Shown here: positions 8,018 through 15,989 of the stretch, piece by piece
Layout: every line of letters begins with the position of its first letter
Position numbering within the stretch: position 1 is the first letter of the stretch
Virus record (IMG/VR): IMGVR_UViG_3300012890_000085
Coordinates: 1 to 38,386 of that record
Reading direction: 5' to 3' (one strand)
Source of the DNA: a virus
Lineage: Duplodnaviria > Caudoviricetes
DNA: 38,386 nt
The notes under the pieces: model-generated
The model's input: only the letters and a program-made list of their open reading frames with translations
Database searches by the model: none
Told to the model about the DNA's origin: nothing
Translations under genes and position numbers: made by a program

Positions 8018-8955
8018 TAGACCCAGAAAGAAGGTTTACCGGAATTGTCGTACAGCTCCACCGTGAGCGGGGTGGCCGTGGGCGTGAGCGCGTCCAGGTA
8101 CTCGGCTAGCTTGGCTTGGTAGCGGTCGGCGTGGCCGGCGGCCTGCTGGCTCAGGGCCGAGAGGGCCTCGGGCGGGGCGGCCTGCCGCTCGCGCACGGCC
8201 TCGTTATCCGAGAGCAGGCGCAGGCTCGTGCCGGTGAGGGCCACGCTCAGGCTGAGGATGCCCTGGGCCAGCGCCCGGTGCGCCAGCACGGGGCGCACCA
8301 GGCGCAGCAGCTTGGCCGCCTCGGGGCTGGGCTCCTCCCCGCTGGCCAGGCCCTCGCGCAGCTGCTCCAACCGCTCCTCCCCCAGCAAGTCCGTTATCTC
8401 AAAGTCCTCGACCCGGCGCAGGGTGGGCAGCAGGGCCAGAAAGAAGCGCCGGCTGCCGGCCGTGGCCAGGTACTCGCCCAGCTGGCCAGCCGAGGCAATG
8501 AGCAGGCCCTTGCGGCTGCGGTACTCCCGCGAGTCCAACTCGTCGGCGTAGTCGGCCGCGTGGCGGTCGAGCCAGGCCAGAGCCTGGTCGAGCAGCTTAT
8601 CGGCCATCGAGGCGGCGCCCTCGATGAGGGTGTTGTACATCCACTGGCGGGTAGGGGCCGCGCCGGAGCTAGTAGCTTCGGACATCCCGTTGTCGTTCAT
8701 ACTCACCCCAATGAAGGGGGCCGCCTCCAGCACCACGTAGTAGGCCAGCGGGGCGCGGAACTGCTCGCGCAGGGCCAGCAGGTGGGCCGGCGCATCGGCC
8801 GGCAGGCTGCCGAGCTGCTGCACCAGGCCCTCGCCCAGCACCGGCACCAGGTGCAGCAGCTCGGCCGGGGCCACGAAGCAGAGCATCCCGTCCGCGTTCT
8901 GCTTATGCACCGTGCTCAGGCAGGTGCGCAATTCTTCTACCGTCTTGAATAACAT
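8017..8955 (-). CDS. Conserved Bacteroidota phage protein (DUF6712-like; probable head-tail connector)
   Basis: MLFKTVEEL start, two similar helical halves (AE..HL.PVLG / VED.EI.DLLG), directly after the portal. Confidence 0.6.
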   Translation of the reverse strand: MLFKTVEELRTCLSTVHKQNADGMLCFVAPAELLHLVPVLGEGLVQQLGSLPADAPAHLLALREQFRAPLAYYVVLEAAPFIGVSMNDNGMSEATSSGAAPTRQWMYNTLIEGAASMADKLLDQALAWLDRHAADYADELDSREYRSRKGLLIASAGQLGEYLATAGSRRFFLALLPTLRRVEDFEITDLLGEERLEQLREGLASGEEPSPEAAKLLRLVRPVLAHRALAQGILSLSVALTGTSLRLLSDNEAVRERQAAPPEALSALSQQAAGHADRYQAKLAEYLDALTPTATPLTVELYDNSGKPSFWV

Positions 8956-8964
8956 ATACTTGCC

Positions 8965-10236
8965 TTACATAGAGGAGTTGGCCACCTTCTGCTTCCCCGT
9001 GGGGTTGTCGGCGATGGTGGTAATGTCGATGTCCTCGAAGCCGAAGAAGTGCTGGGGGTTGAAGCCCATGATTTTGCTGGCCGCCTGGAAGGGCTTGAGC
9101 AAAATCTTGCGCTTCTGGGGCGTGCGCAGGGCCACGTGCAGCTGGTAGCTGATGCGCTTCTCGCTCCCACTACCCCCAAACTTGCCGCCCGTGTCGATGC
9201 CGGCCAGCGAGGGGTCGATGCCGTGGCTGCTGGTGTGGGCAATGTTGGCCTGCTGATTCACCGAATCGTAGGCTTTATCGCTCATCTTGTTCTCGATAGG
9301 CACGATTTCCCAGCCCGGCAGCGCCTTGCCGGCCGCGTCCACGGCGAACTTGCTGACAAAGACCTTATCCGTGTTTTCCACCCCGGCCAGCATCTCGTTC
9401 ATGTTGGCCATCAGGTCCAGCTCGGCCTTTTTCTTCTTGTCAGCGTCGCCAAACTGGTCGAAGTAGCCCATCGGTATCTTGATGTGGTACTTGACGTTGT
9501 AGCCGTTGTCGAGGCCGCTGCTGTGAAAGCGCGGAATCTTGTTGCTGACCTCCGTCCACTTACGCCCGCCCCAAAAGGGGGGAATGTCGTAGTATTTCTG
9601 GCCCGGCGTCCAGTCGCGGCCGTGCAGCAGGCACTCGCCAAACTTGCTGGGGTTCAGCGGGTCGTAGGCGGGCAGAATCCGGGCCTCGTCGGGGCGGAAG
9701 TTGCGCCAATCGTGGTGCAGGGCGTACTTCTCGGGCTTCGGCTTGCTCGTGACCAGGGCGCGCACGGTGGTACAGTCGAAGCTCTGCACGGCCTCTACCT
9801 GGGTTTTGCTCACCAGCGAGAGGACGGCGAAGAAGTTGGCGAATGTTTCGAGGTTGTAGGCCAGGCTTTGCAGGCTCGAATCCCCGTCAATCGACTCGTA
9901 CCAGTCCTCCATCTCCGTGTCGAGGACCGGCTCCAGCACGATTTTCTTGTCTACGATGGTGCGCGAGAACACCCCGATGCGCGAGCCCAGCAAAAAATCG
10001 CGCGCCGTGGTGATGAGCTGCGGCTTAAGGTGGTTGTTGTGCACCAGCGCCAGCAGGGCCTGCGGTTGCAGGTTGTCGGCGCCCCAGGGCGCAATCTTGA
10101 GCCCGCCCTGGCTCAGCGGCGCGGCCCCGTAGTTCACGTCCTGGGCCTTGTCGCTGCTGGTCAGCTCTACGATGGCCTGGGCGCCGGGCAGGATGTACAA
10201 GCCGCCCTCTAACTCTTTGATATCGCGTGGTTTCAT
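8965..10236 (-). CDS. Portal protein
   Basis: PWGADNLQPQ, YYDIPPF.G and HGIDPSLAG...GSGSEKR motifs; 423 aa; position after TerL. Confidence 0.8.
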   Translation of the reverse strand: MKPRDIKELEGGLYILPGAQAIVELTSSDKAQDVNYGAAPLSQGGLKIAPWGADNLQPQALLALVHNNHLKPQLITTARDFLLGSRIGVFSRTIVDKKIVLEPVLDTEMEDWYESIDGDSSLQSLAYNLETFANFFAVLSLVSKTQVEAVQSFDCTTVRALVTSKPKPEKYALHHDWRNFRPDEARILPAYDPLNPSKFGECLLHGRDWTPGQKYYDIPPFWGGRKWTEVSNKIPRFHSSGLDNGYNVKYHIKIPMGYFDQFGDADKKKKAELDLMANMNEMLAGVENTDKVFVSKFAVDAAGKALPGWEIVPIENKMSDKAYDSVNQQANIAHTSSHGIDPSLAGIDTGGKFGGSGSEKRISYQLHVALRTPQKRKILLKPFQAASKIMGFNPQHFFGFEDIDITTIADNPTGKQKVANSSM

Positions 10237-10553
10237 TACCCGTGCTGAATTTGGCGGCCGTTGAAATGGGTGAGCAGGCAGATTTTGAGGGCGAAGGCCC
10301 GGCCGGTGGCGCAGTCCACCAGCTGCACGGTGCCCTTCTCCTTGACCTTGTAGCGAAAGGCGCTGCGCCCCTCGGGGCCGGCCGGGCTGCTGGCCGACCC
10401 GCCCGAGAGGCCGCCCTTGCGCACGGCGGCCTTGCTGCCCTTCGTGCCATCGGTTTTGTAGTAGCCGATGGAAAAGGCCCGGGCGTGACCCTGCCCGTCC
10501 GGCAGCTCCATCTCGGCCAGGGCCGTGCGAATGTGAATGTGAGTCCGTTGCAT
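10236..10553 (-). CDS. Small conserved phage protein between TerL and portal (start revised to ATG 10553)
   Basis: FSIGYYKTDG...LLTHFNG; stop overlaps portal start; ATG is 6 nt after the late-promoter box. Confidence 0.7.
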   Translation of the reverse strand: MQRTHIHIRTALAEMELPDGQGHARAFSIGYYKTDGTKGSKAAVRKGGLSGGSASSPAGPEGRSAFRYKVKEKGTVQLVDCATGRAFALKICLLTHFNGRQIQHG

Positions 10554-10559
10554 GGCACT

Positions 10560-10594
10560 CAAATTGCCACTTTTGCCTGCCGGCGCGTAGGACG
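10560..10594 (-). promoter_or_regulatory. Late-promoter motif copy 2
   Basis: CGTCCTA-N21-CAATTTG. Confidence 0.75.
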
Positions 10595-10762
10595 GAAATA
10601 AGTTATTGCCTGTTTTGACGCGTAGGCCCTGAAAATCAGGCAGAACGCCGCGCCAAAGGGCCGAAAATTATTGTCTGACCCACGCGGCCGTGCGCGCCCT
10701 TTAGCGTTTGGCAATTGCCAATCGGGCAATTTTGGGGTATATATGAACGACCCCTGGGGCAG

Positions 10763-10800
10763 CAAAAAGGGCCCTGGCGCTACCGCCAGGGCCCTTTTTG
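10763..10800. terminator. Intrinsic terminator after terL
   Basis: 17-bp perfect stem CAAAAAGGGCCCTGGCG-CTAC-CGCCAGGGCCCTTTTTG. Confidence 0.9.
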
Positions 10801-10842
10801 GGTATTTACTAGTGGCAATTGCCACCTACGCTACCAGGTGGG

Positions 10843-12333
10843 CTAGCTTCTGCCCAGGAAGTAGACCGGCTCATGCACCTGCACCTGGCCGAACAGGTGC
10901 CCGTACTTGCGGTACACGATGTTGTCGAAGCAATCGCTCAAGTGGGTGGCTCGCTCCTGGTCGATGCTGCTGCTCTCGCTCCGCTTGTCCTTCGTCCAGT
11001 CGGGCTTGATGGGCGACTGCTGGATACTAATCATGAGGTACTTACACTTGTTGCGGTTGAAACGCATCAGCGGCAGGCGCGGGTTGTTCTCAGCCAGCAG
11101 CTCGTTGATGGCAATGTGCTTAAGGCGGTGGTCGGGGTCGAGGCCCTGCACCATGAGCACCGATGTCCACCCCCTGGCCGCCAGGCCCTGCTGGATGGTT
11201 TGGTAGAAGGTAAGGTTAGCCCCTACCTGCTTGTTGTTGCCGTTGCGGTCACCGTAGATAACCACGTGCTTCGCCTCGTGGCTCTCGTAGGTGTTGCATA
11301 GTTTGGTCACCAACGCATCGAGCACAGTGGTTTCGCTCTGTTTGACCCAGAGCGCGTCTAGGAAGCGAAACTCCTGGCCGTTCTCTTGGCACACGATGAC
11401 CGAGGTAAAGCCAGCGTTGAAGTCAAACGATAGCTCCAGCGCACGGGTGGGGTCACGGTCAGAGTCGATGCTCAGCGTGAGCCCCGTCTTATCGTCGTGG
11501 ACATAGGTAAAGGTTTTCCAAACGCCGTGCTTCTCGGCATTAAAGCTGGGATAGAAGGAGTTGGGCAGCTTGGTCAGGCGCTTATTCATCACCTCCACGT
11601 CCCACTCCAGGGGCGTCATACCGTTACGCAGGTCACGCAAGTACTTCTCCCCTAGCGCCGTTACGTTGTCGTATGCAGTAGATTCCAGAAAGAAGTAGTT
11701 GTCGGGGTCTTCTTTAGCCAGGTCCTCAGTTTTGAACACCCACTGGCCACTCGGCAACCAAGGCACGGACGTGTAATCGCAGAAGGTTTGGTGGTGGTAA
11801 TTATCGGGAAAGCGGTAGATGTTGCCCCGAATCATGGGGCGCAGAATCTTGTTCACGTGCTCCTCCTTCATCAGGGCCGACTCATCAATGTGGCCGAAGT
11901 CGTAGTTGCCGCCCCGGGCCAGCTCGGCCCGGTCCATGCTCAGCATCTGAATGGTGTAGCCATTCGGGAAGCTGATAACGTTCTCGTAGTTGCTGGGGGG
12001 CTGGTAGGGCTTAATCCACTCGGCCGGGGGGCGCTTGCCCTTCACGTAGTGCCCAAAGCCCGACTTCTGGTCGTACTCGCGCAGGCCGTGGGCCTGCCAG
12101 GCGCCTTCCATCGCCGGCACCGTATTGCTGGTGAGCTGGGTGTAGGTGAGGCCCGCCAGAAAGCCCTTGGCGCGGGGCAGGTAGTTCATCTGCACCCGCG
12201 TTTCGTGGCCGGCCACGGTGGTTTTGCCTGAGCCCCGGCCGCCGACGAAGCTGCGCCGCTTTTGGGTGGCGGCCAGAAATTGCCGCTGCTTCTCGTTGAC
12301 GTAGATGCGCCGGGGTGCTTCCTTACGCTGCAT
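10843..12333 (-). CDS. terL: Terminase large subunit
   Basis: Walker A GGRGSGKT, Walker B GHIDES, RNase H-like nuclease motifs SFDFN and HLSDCFD. Confidence 0.92.
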   Translation of the reverse strand: MQRKEAPRRIYVNEKQRQFLAATQKRRSFVGGRGSGKTTVAGHETRVQMNYLPRAKGFLAGLTYTQLTSNTVPAMEGAWQAHGLREYDQKSGFGHYVKGKRPPAEWIKPYQPPSNYENVISFPNGYTIQMLSMDRAELARGGNYDFGHIDESALMKEEHVNKILRPMIRGNIYRFPDNYHHQTFCDYTSVPWLPSGQWVFKTEDLAKEDPDNYFFLESTAYDNVTALGEKYLRDLRNGMTPLEWDVEVMNKRLTKLPNSFYPSFNAEKHGVWKTFTYVHDDKTGLTLSIDSDRDPTRALELSFDFNAGFTSVIVCQENGQEFRFLDALWVKQSETTVLDALVTKLCNTYESHEAKHVVIYGDRNGNNKQVGANLTFYQTIQQGLAARGWTSVLMVQGLDPDHRLKHIAINELLAENNPRLPLMRFNRNKCKYLMISIQQSPIKPDWTKDKRSESSSIDQERATHLSDCFDNIVYRKYGHLFGQVQVHEPVYFLGRS

Positions 12334-12847
12334 CGCCCTCCCCTTCCTCGCTTACGTCTTCAAAATCAATATCCTGCGTCTCCTGCTCCCGCAGCACGGC
12401 CGGGTCAGTGCTGAAATCCATCGGCACGGGAATCAGGAAGGCTTTGGGGTCGAGCAGCGTCTTTTCGGCCTCGAAGAGCCCTTGTAGCTTGTCGCTCAGC
12501 TCCGTGGCCCTGATGGCATTGCCGATGTCGCCATTCTTGCGCGCCAGGTTAGCCAGCAGCTTATATTGTTCGATGGAAATCACGCGCAGGCCCTTTTTAT
12601 CGACCTCCTCGATGCTGCCGTAGAGCAGGATGCTCTCGCGCACGATGGCGTAGAGCTGCGGCTGGCTCAGCTCGTATTCCTTCTCCAAGGTGGCCAGCAC
12701 TTGGTTGCGGCTGAAGCCCAGGCACAGCAGCCCGTGGGCCTTTCTATACTTGGCAAGCATTTCCAGCTCGTCGGGCTTGAGGTCGGCCCCTTCCACCAGG
12801 TGCAGCCGGTATTTGTCAATTTTGTCGGGTTTGCCGAGTTTTTTCAT
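12323..12847 (-). CDS. terS: Terminase small subunit (probable)
   Basis: 174-aa helical/HTH-like protein overlapping the terL start; acidic tail. Confidence 0.7.
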   Translation of the reverse strand: MKKLGKPDKIDKYRLHLVEGADLKPDELEMLAKYRKAHGLLCLGFSRNQVLATLEKEYELSQPQLYAIVRESILLYGSIEEVDKKGLRVISIEQYKLLANLARKNGDIGNAIRATELSDKLQGLFEAEKTLLDPKAFLIPVPMDFSTDPAVLREQETQDIDFEDVSEEGEGDAA

Positions 12848-12868
12848 AAAAAAGCGGGGTTACACCTT

Positions 12869-12903
12869 CAAGATGTAGCCCCGCCCCGGCCGGCAGTAGG
12901 ACG
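12869..12903 (-). promoter_or_regulatory. Late-promoter motif copy 3
   Basis: CGTCCTA-N21-CATCTTG upstream of terS. Confidence 0.75.
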
Positions 12904-12906
12904 GTA

Positions 12907-13107
12907 TTACAGCACCGGTTGCGGGCTCAGCACCAGCTGCGCGCCCACTAGCTCTACCAGCACCTGGTCGCCCGGCGCGAAGCCAGCGGCCTTGAGCCAG
13001 GCCGGGGGCAATTGCAGGCGGCTGCTGAGCGAGGTAATGATGCCAGCTTTGCCGCGACGGTAGCGGCGTTCAATGGTGAGGGTTGCGGGTTTCTTAGCGG
13101 TAGCCAT
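12907..13107 (-). CDS. SymE-family / AbrB-fold small protein (start revised to ATG 13107)
   Basis: LQLPPAWLKAAGFAPGDQVLVELVGAQLVLSP matches the SymE signature L.G.WL..AGF..G..V.V.V..G.LVI. Confidence 0.75.
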   Translation of the reverse strand: MATAKKPATLTIERRYRRGKAGIITSLSSRLQLPPAWLKAAGFAPGDQVLVELVGAQLVLSPQPVL

Positions 13108-13140
13108 TGGAGTAGGGAGTATGAGACGAGAAAGGGGCAA

Positions 13141-13446
13141 TTAGGCAGCGAGGGGCAAGGCTTCGAGCGGGGGCAGCAGCTGCACCACGTGGGCCACCAC
13201 CGGGGGCTCCTGGTCTAACCACTCGGCCGAGAAGACGCCCAGGCCCTCGACCCGTACCAAGATGTTCTCACCTGTGAAGTCGAACCAAAAGGAATAGAAA
13301 AAGCCGTGGTTGTAGAGAGTGGCCGCGCCCCGGTAGCCAGCCGGCATTTCGGGCGAGGGGCGCAGTTGGGTAATGCGCACGGCATATTCGGATTGCACGA
13401 TAAGGATAGCCAGCGCAACGGCGGCCTGGTTGATTTGAGCGGTCAC
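13141..13446 (-). CDS. Hypothetical protein (101 aa, GTG start)
   Basis: Follows the duplicated promoter/leader shared with the DUF932-like gene. Confidence 0.65.
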   Translation of the reverse strand: MTAQINQAAVALAILIVQSEYAVRITQLRPSPEMPAGYRGAATLYNHGFFYSFWFDFTGENILVRVEGLGVFSAEWLDQEPPVVAHVVQLLPPLEALPLAA

Positions 13447-13518
13447 TGTGTGGGGGTGGTTAGGTGAGTGATTTTGATAGTGTAAAGGTCTTCATACACA
13501 ACGGATTACACTAATTTT
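13446..13518 (-). promoter_or_regulatory. Duplicated promoter/operator, copy A
   Basis: TAGTGTAA-N20-TTACACTA (13478-13513) plus CCCCCACACA leader; near-identical to 15815-15883. Confidence 0.75.
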
Positions 13519-13566
13519 CAACTTCCTTTAACTCGTTATTTTTAAGGTATTTATTCCCCCTGGGCG

Positions 13567-13650
13567 TAGCTTTGCGCCTGCTTTGGGAGTTGAGATGCCC
13601 AGGGCAATTAGGTTGAGGCCCGGTTGGCAATTGCCGGCCGGGCCTCGTGG
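13567..13650 (+). ncRNA. Candidate antisense small RNA
   Basis: TAGCTTTG -7 box (13567-13574), two hairpins (13579-13606, 13615-13646), two blocks of identity to 13115-13145. Confidence 0.45.
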
Positions 13651-14316
13651 CTAAAAGGGGCAATCACCCGCCTCATCTTCCGCCACCTGCATGAGCTTGA
13701 GCAAGGTGCTGGCGTAAGCCCAGGTGAGGCGGAAGCCCGCCACTCGTCGGAACTGCTCGGCCAGGCGGTGGCCGTAGCTCTGGGGCCGGTAGGTGTGCTG
13801 GCCGGCGGGGTGGGCGATGATGAATTGCCACAGGGCCTCGGGCTCCAGGGGCTCGCCGTCGTAGTCGGCGCTGAGAATGTCGGCCTGCGTGTCGAGCGGC
13901 AGGCCCTCGGGGTCACAGTAGCGGCGCAGCAGCTGCGGGGTGAGGTGGTTCACGTCGCCCCACCGCCGCAGGCTGGCCTCGGTGGTGCTGTTGAGCCCGG
14001 CCGCGATGCGGCCCCACTCGCTGCCATCGGGCTGCTCCCCCCCTACCCCGACGTAGGCCCGCAGCACGGTCATGGGGCAGTCGCATTCGCTGCACAGCCA
14101 CTCCAGCAGCTGCGCATCGTCCAGCACGTCGGGCGGGGCCGGCCGGCTCAGCGCATCGAGCAGGCGCAGCGGGTTCAATCCGCAGGCCGCAAGCAGTTTG
14201 GCGGTCTGCACATTGAAGTGGCGCTGTTGGCCCACCTGCGCCGAGAAGGCGTAGTAGCCCGGCTCGCTTAGCGCGTGCTTGGCCATCACGCGGGCCTTCT
14301 GGTCACCCTTGGGCAT
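13651..14316 (-). CDS. Hypothetical protein with SSB-like acidic C-terminal tip (EDEAGDCPF)
   Basis: Overlaps the stop of the upstream gene; start uncertain (14322, 14316 or 14286). Confidence 0.65.
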   Translation of the reverse strand: MPKGDQKARVMAKHALSEPGYYAFSAQVGQQRHFNVQTAKLLAACGLNPLRLLDALSRPAPPDVLDDAQLLEWLCSECDCPMTVLRAYVGVGGEQPDGSEWGRIAAGLNSTTEASLRRWGDVNHLTPQLLRRYCDPEGLPLDTQADILSADYDGEPLEPEALWQFIIAHPAGQHTYRPQSYGHRLAEQFRRVAGFRLTWAYASTLLKLMQVAEDEAGDCPF

Positions 14317-14893
14317 TACCATCGAGGTCGAATAACCCCGGCTCGGGGCTGCTGATGGCCTGCATTGCCTTCAGGCGGGCCTCGGCCTCGCCGGGCACGT
14401 CGGCCAGGTTTTCGAGGTGGCTGCCTTCCTCAAAAAAGTGCTTCCAGCCCCGCCCCAGCCGCCGCCCCGCCTCGTTGTGCTTGTCGAGCGCAAAATCAGG
14501 GATGGGCAGGTGCACGTGCTCGTGCAGGCGCCACTGGGCAATCAGCACCCAATCCACCAGCCGGCTCTTGGGGGCGCGGCAGAGCAGCAGCACGGCGTGG
14601 GTCAGGAACAGGCGCTCGGGCTGGTTCTTATCATCCTTCTTGGCCGCCTGCCACTTGTAATGCTGATACAGGGCGTGGATATCGCTCACGATGCCCGGCT
14701 GGGCCAGGCCCACGTCCTCGCTGGCCATGATGCGCAGGCGCTTCCACACGTACTCCCCGTAGTTGGAGTTGAACAGCTCCACGGCCCAATACATGGCCTC
14801 TTCTTCGAGGCCCCGGCGGATGCACTTTTGAAAGGCGCTCGATACCTGGTAGAAATCGTGGCCCTTGGCGGTTCTTAAATCGTACTTACTCAT
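14303..14893 (-). CDS. Stand-alone RarA/MgsA C-terminal-domain protein, no AAA+ module (start ATG 14893)
   Basis: YQVSSAFQKCIRRG...AMYW...RLRIMASEDVGLA...HAVLLLCRAPKS matches RarA SA..KS.RGS / SEDIG.A / APKS motifs; no Walker A. Confidence 0.85.
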   Translation of the reverse strand: MSKYDLRTAKGHDFYQVSSAFQKCIRRGLEEEAMYWAVELFNSNYGEYVWKRLRIMASEDVGLAQPGIVSDIHALYQHYKWQAAKKDDKNQPERLFLTHAVLLLCRAPKSRLVDWVLIAQWRLHEHVHLPIPDFALDKHNEAGRRLGRGWKHFFEEGSHLENLADVPGEAEARLKAMQAISSPEPGLFDLDGNAQG

Positions 14894-14972
14894 TTGGTTC
14901 AGGCAAAGGCGTAGCCAGGCCCCCGGCTGGCTGGCAGCCAGGGGCACAGGTACGCGGGTGGTGGTAAGGGAC

Positions 14973-15815
14973 TTAGGCGCGCTGCATGTAGAACTGGTGC
15001 GCCTCGATGTGGCGGCCGATAACCAGGCCGCTGGGCGTGGTCTTTAAGGCTTCCGTAGTGTGGTTATATATATCCCAAAGGGTATTATTACCGAAGTTGG
15101 TTTGCTCTTTCAGCTCACCGCGAATGATGCGCAGCTGCGCCTCGCTCACCACCGACTCCGAGTAGAATAGCTCGCCCAGGATTTCATGAATCAGACGCGG
15201 GTTCACTTCCACCTGCTTAAGCTTCTCGGTATCAAGCTGGATGCGCTTGAACTGACCTTCGAGGTTATCGACCACCCCGCGCACCAGGCTTTGGAGCCCG
15301 GCCGACAGGCCGCTGGGCGTGTGCATCGCCTGCACCTTGAAGTCGCCCGCAAACATGAGGTTGGAGCAGACAATGACGCGGGCGCCGGCAGCGGCCCCGA
15401 GCAGCAAGCTCTTGTCGTAGCTGTTGCGGAAGCCCAGGGCCAAATCCTGCTCGCCGTTGCCGCCGCCGACGGTCATGTGGCCAAATAGCTGCTGGCCGTT
15501 GCGGTTGTGCTGGTAGCGCTCATCCTTGAGCACCAGGCCCCGCTTATCGAGTTCTTCCTTCACGGCCTCGATGAGGCCCAGGTGGCTCACCGGCGCGTAG
15601 GTGCGGGTGCTCGCCGGCACCGGGCAGGCCAACAGCTCAGCCAGGGCGCCTGTGGGCGCGACCGGCGCGGGGCACGGCACTGAGGTCGTGATAACCGGCA
15701 GCTCGACCGGAGCGGGCGTGGGCTCGGCCACTACCTGGGGCGCTTCCACGGGGGGAACGAAGTTGGCGATGCGGCGGGCTTTGCGCTTGGCGGGTGCTTG
15801 AATTAACGTGCTCAT
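14973..15815 (-). CDS. DUF932-like phage/plasmid protein (start revised to ATG 15815)
   Basis: Y.PVSH..., GFRNSYDKS...GARVIVCSNL and TLWDIYN..TE.L motifs; Pro-rich N-terminal extension. Confidence 0.75.
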   Translation of the reverse strand: MSTLIQAPAKRKARRIANFVPPVEAPQVVAEPTPAPVELPVITTSVPCPAPVAPTGALAELLACPVPASTRTYAPVSHLGLIEAVKEELDKRGLVLKDERYQHNRNGQQLFGHMTVGGGNGEQDLALGFRNSYDKSLLLGAAAGARVIVCSNLMFAGDFKVQAMHTPSGLSAGLQSLVRGVVDNLEGQFKRIQLDTEKLKQVEVNPRLIHEILGELFYSESVVSEAQLRIIRGELKEQTNFGNNTLWDIYNHTTEALKTTPSGLVIGRHIEAHQFYMQRA

Positions 15816-15883
15816 TGTGTGGGGGTTGTGTGGGTGATTTGATAGTATAAAGGTCTTCATACACAGCGAGTTACACTAATTTT
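15815..15883 (-). promoter_or_regulatory. Duplicated promoter/operator, copy B
   Basis: TAGTATAA-N20-TTACACTA (15843-15878); shares AAAGGTCTTCATACACA core with copy A. Confidence 0.75.
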
Positions 15884-15937
15884 TACAACCTTTTTTTACA
15901 TAAAAACACGTTATTTATCTACAGCCAAAAGGGCATG

Positions 15938-15970
15938 AAAAAGCCCCTGGTGGCAGTCACCAGGGGCTTT
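15938..15970. terminator. Terminator-like hairpin left of the FRG gene
   Basis: AAAAAGCCCCTGGTG...CACCAGGGGCTTT. Confidence 0.75.
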
Positions 15971-15989
15971 ATATGTAACTTGTGAGCCT

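Noticed and set aside
9049-10212. 387-aa + strand ORF and similar ones opposite the protease, capsid and tape measure genes
   Set aside because: Fully overlap well-supported minus-strand genes; expected in high-GC DNA with few stop codons.
10559-11009. Short ORFs in the terL-portal gap
   Set aside because: They cross a terminator, palindromes and a promoter and have no protein-like features.
13446-15883. CRISPR array or IS terminal repeats as an explanation for the repeats
   Set aside because: Only two copies 2.4 kb apart, each fixed to a start codon; no spacers, cas genes or transposase.
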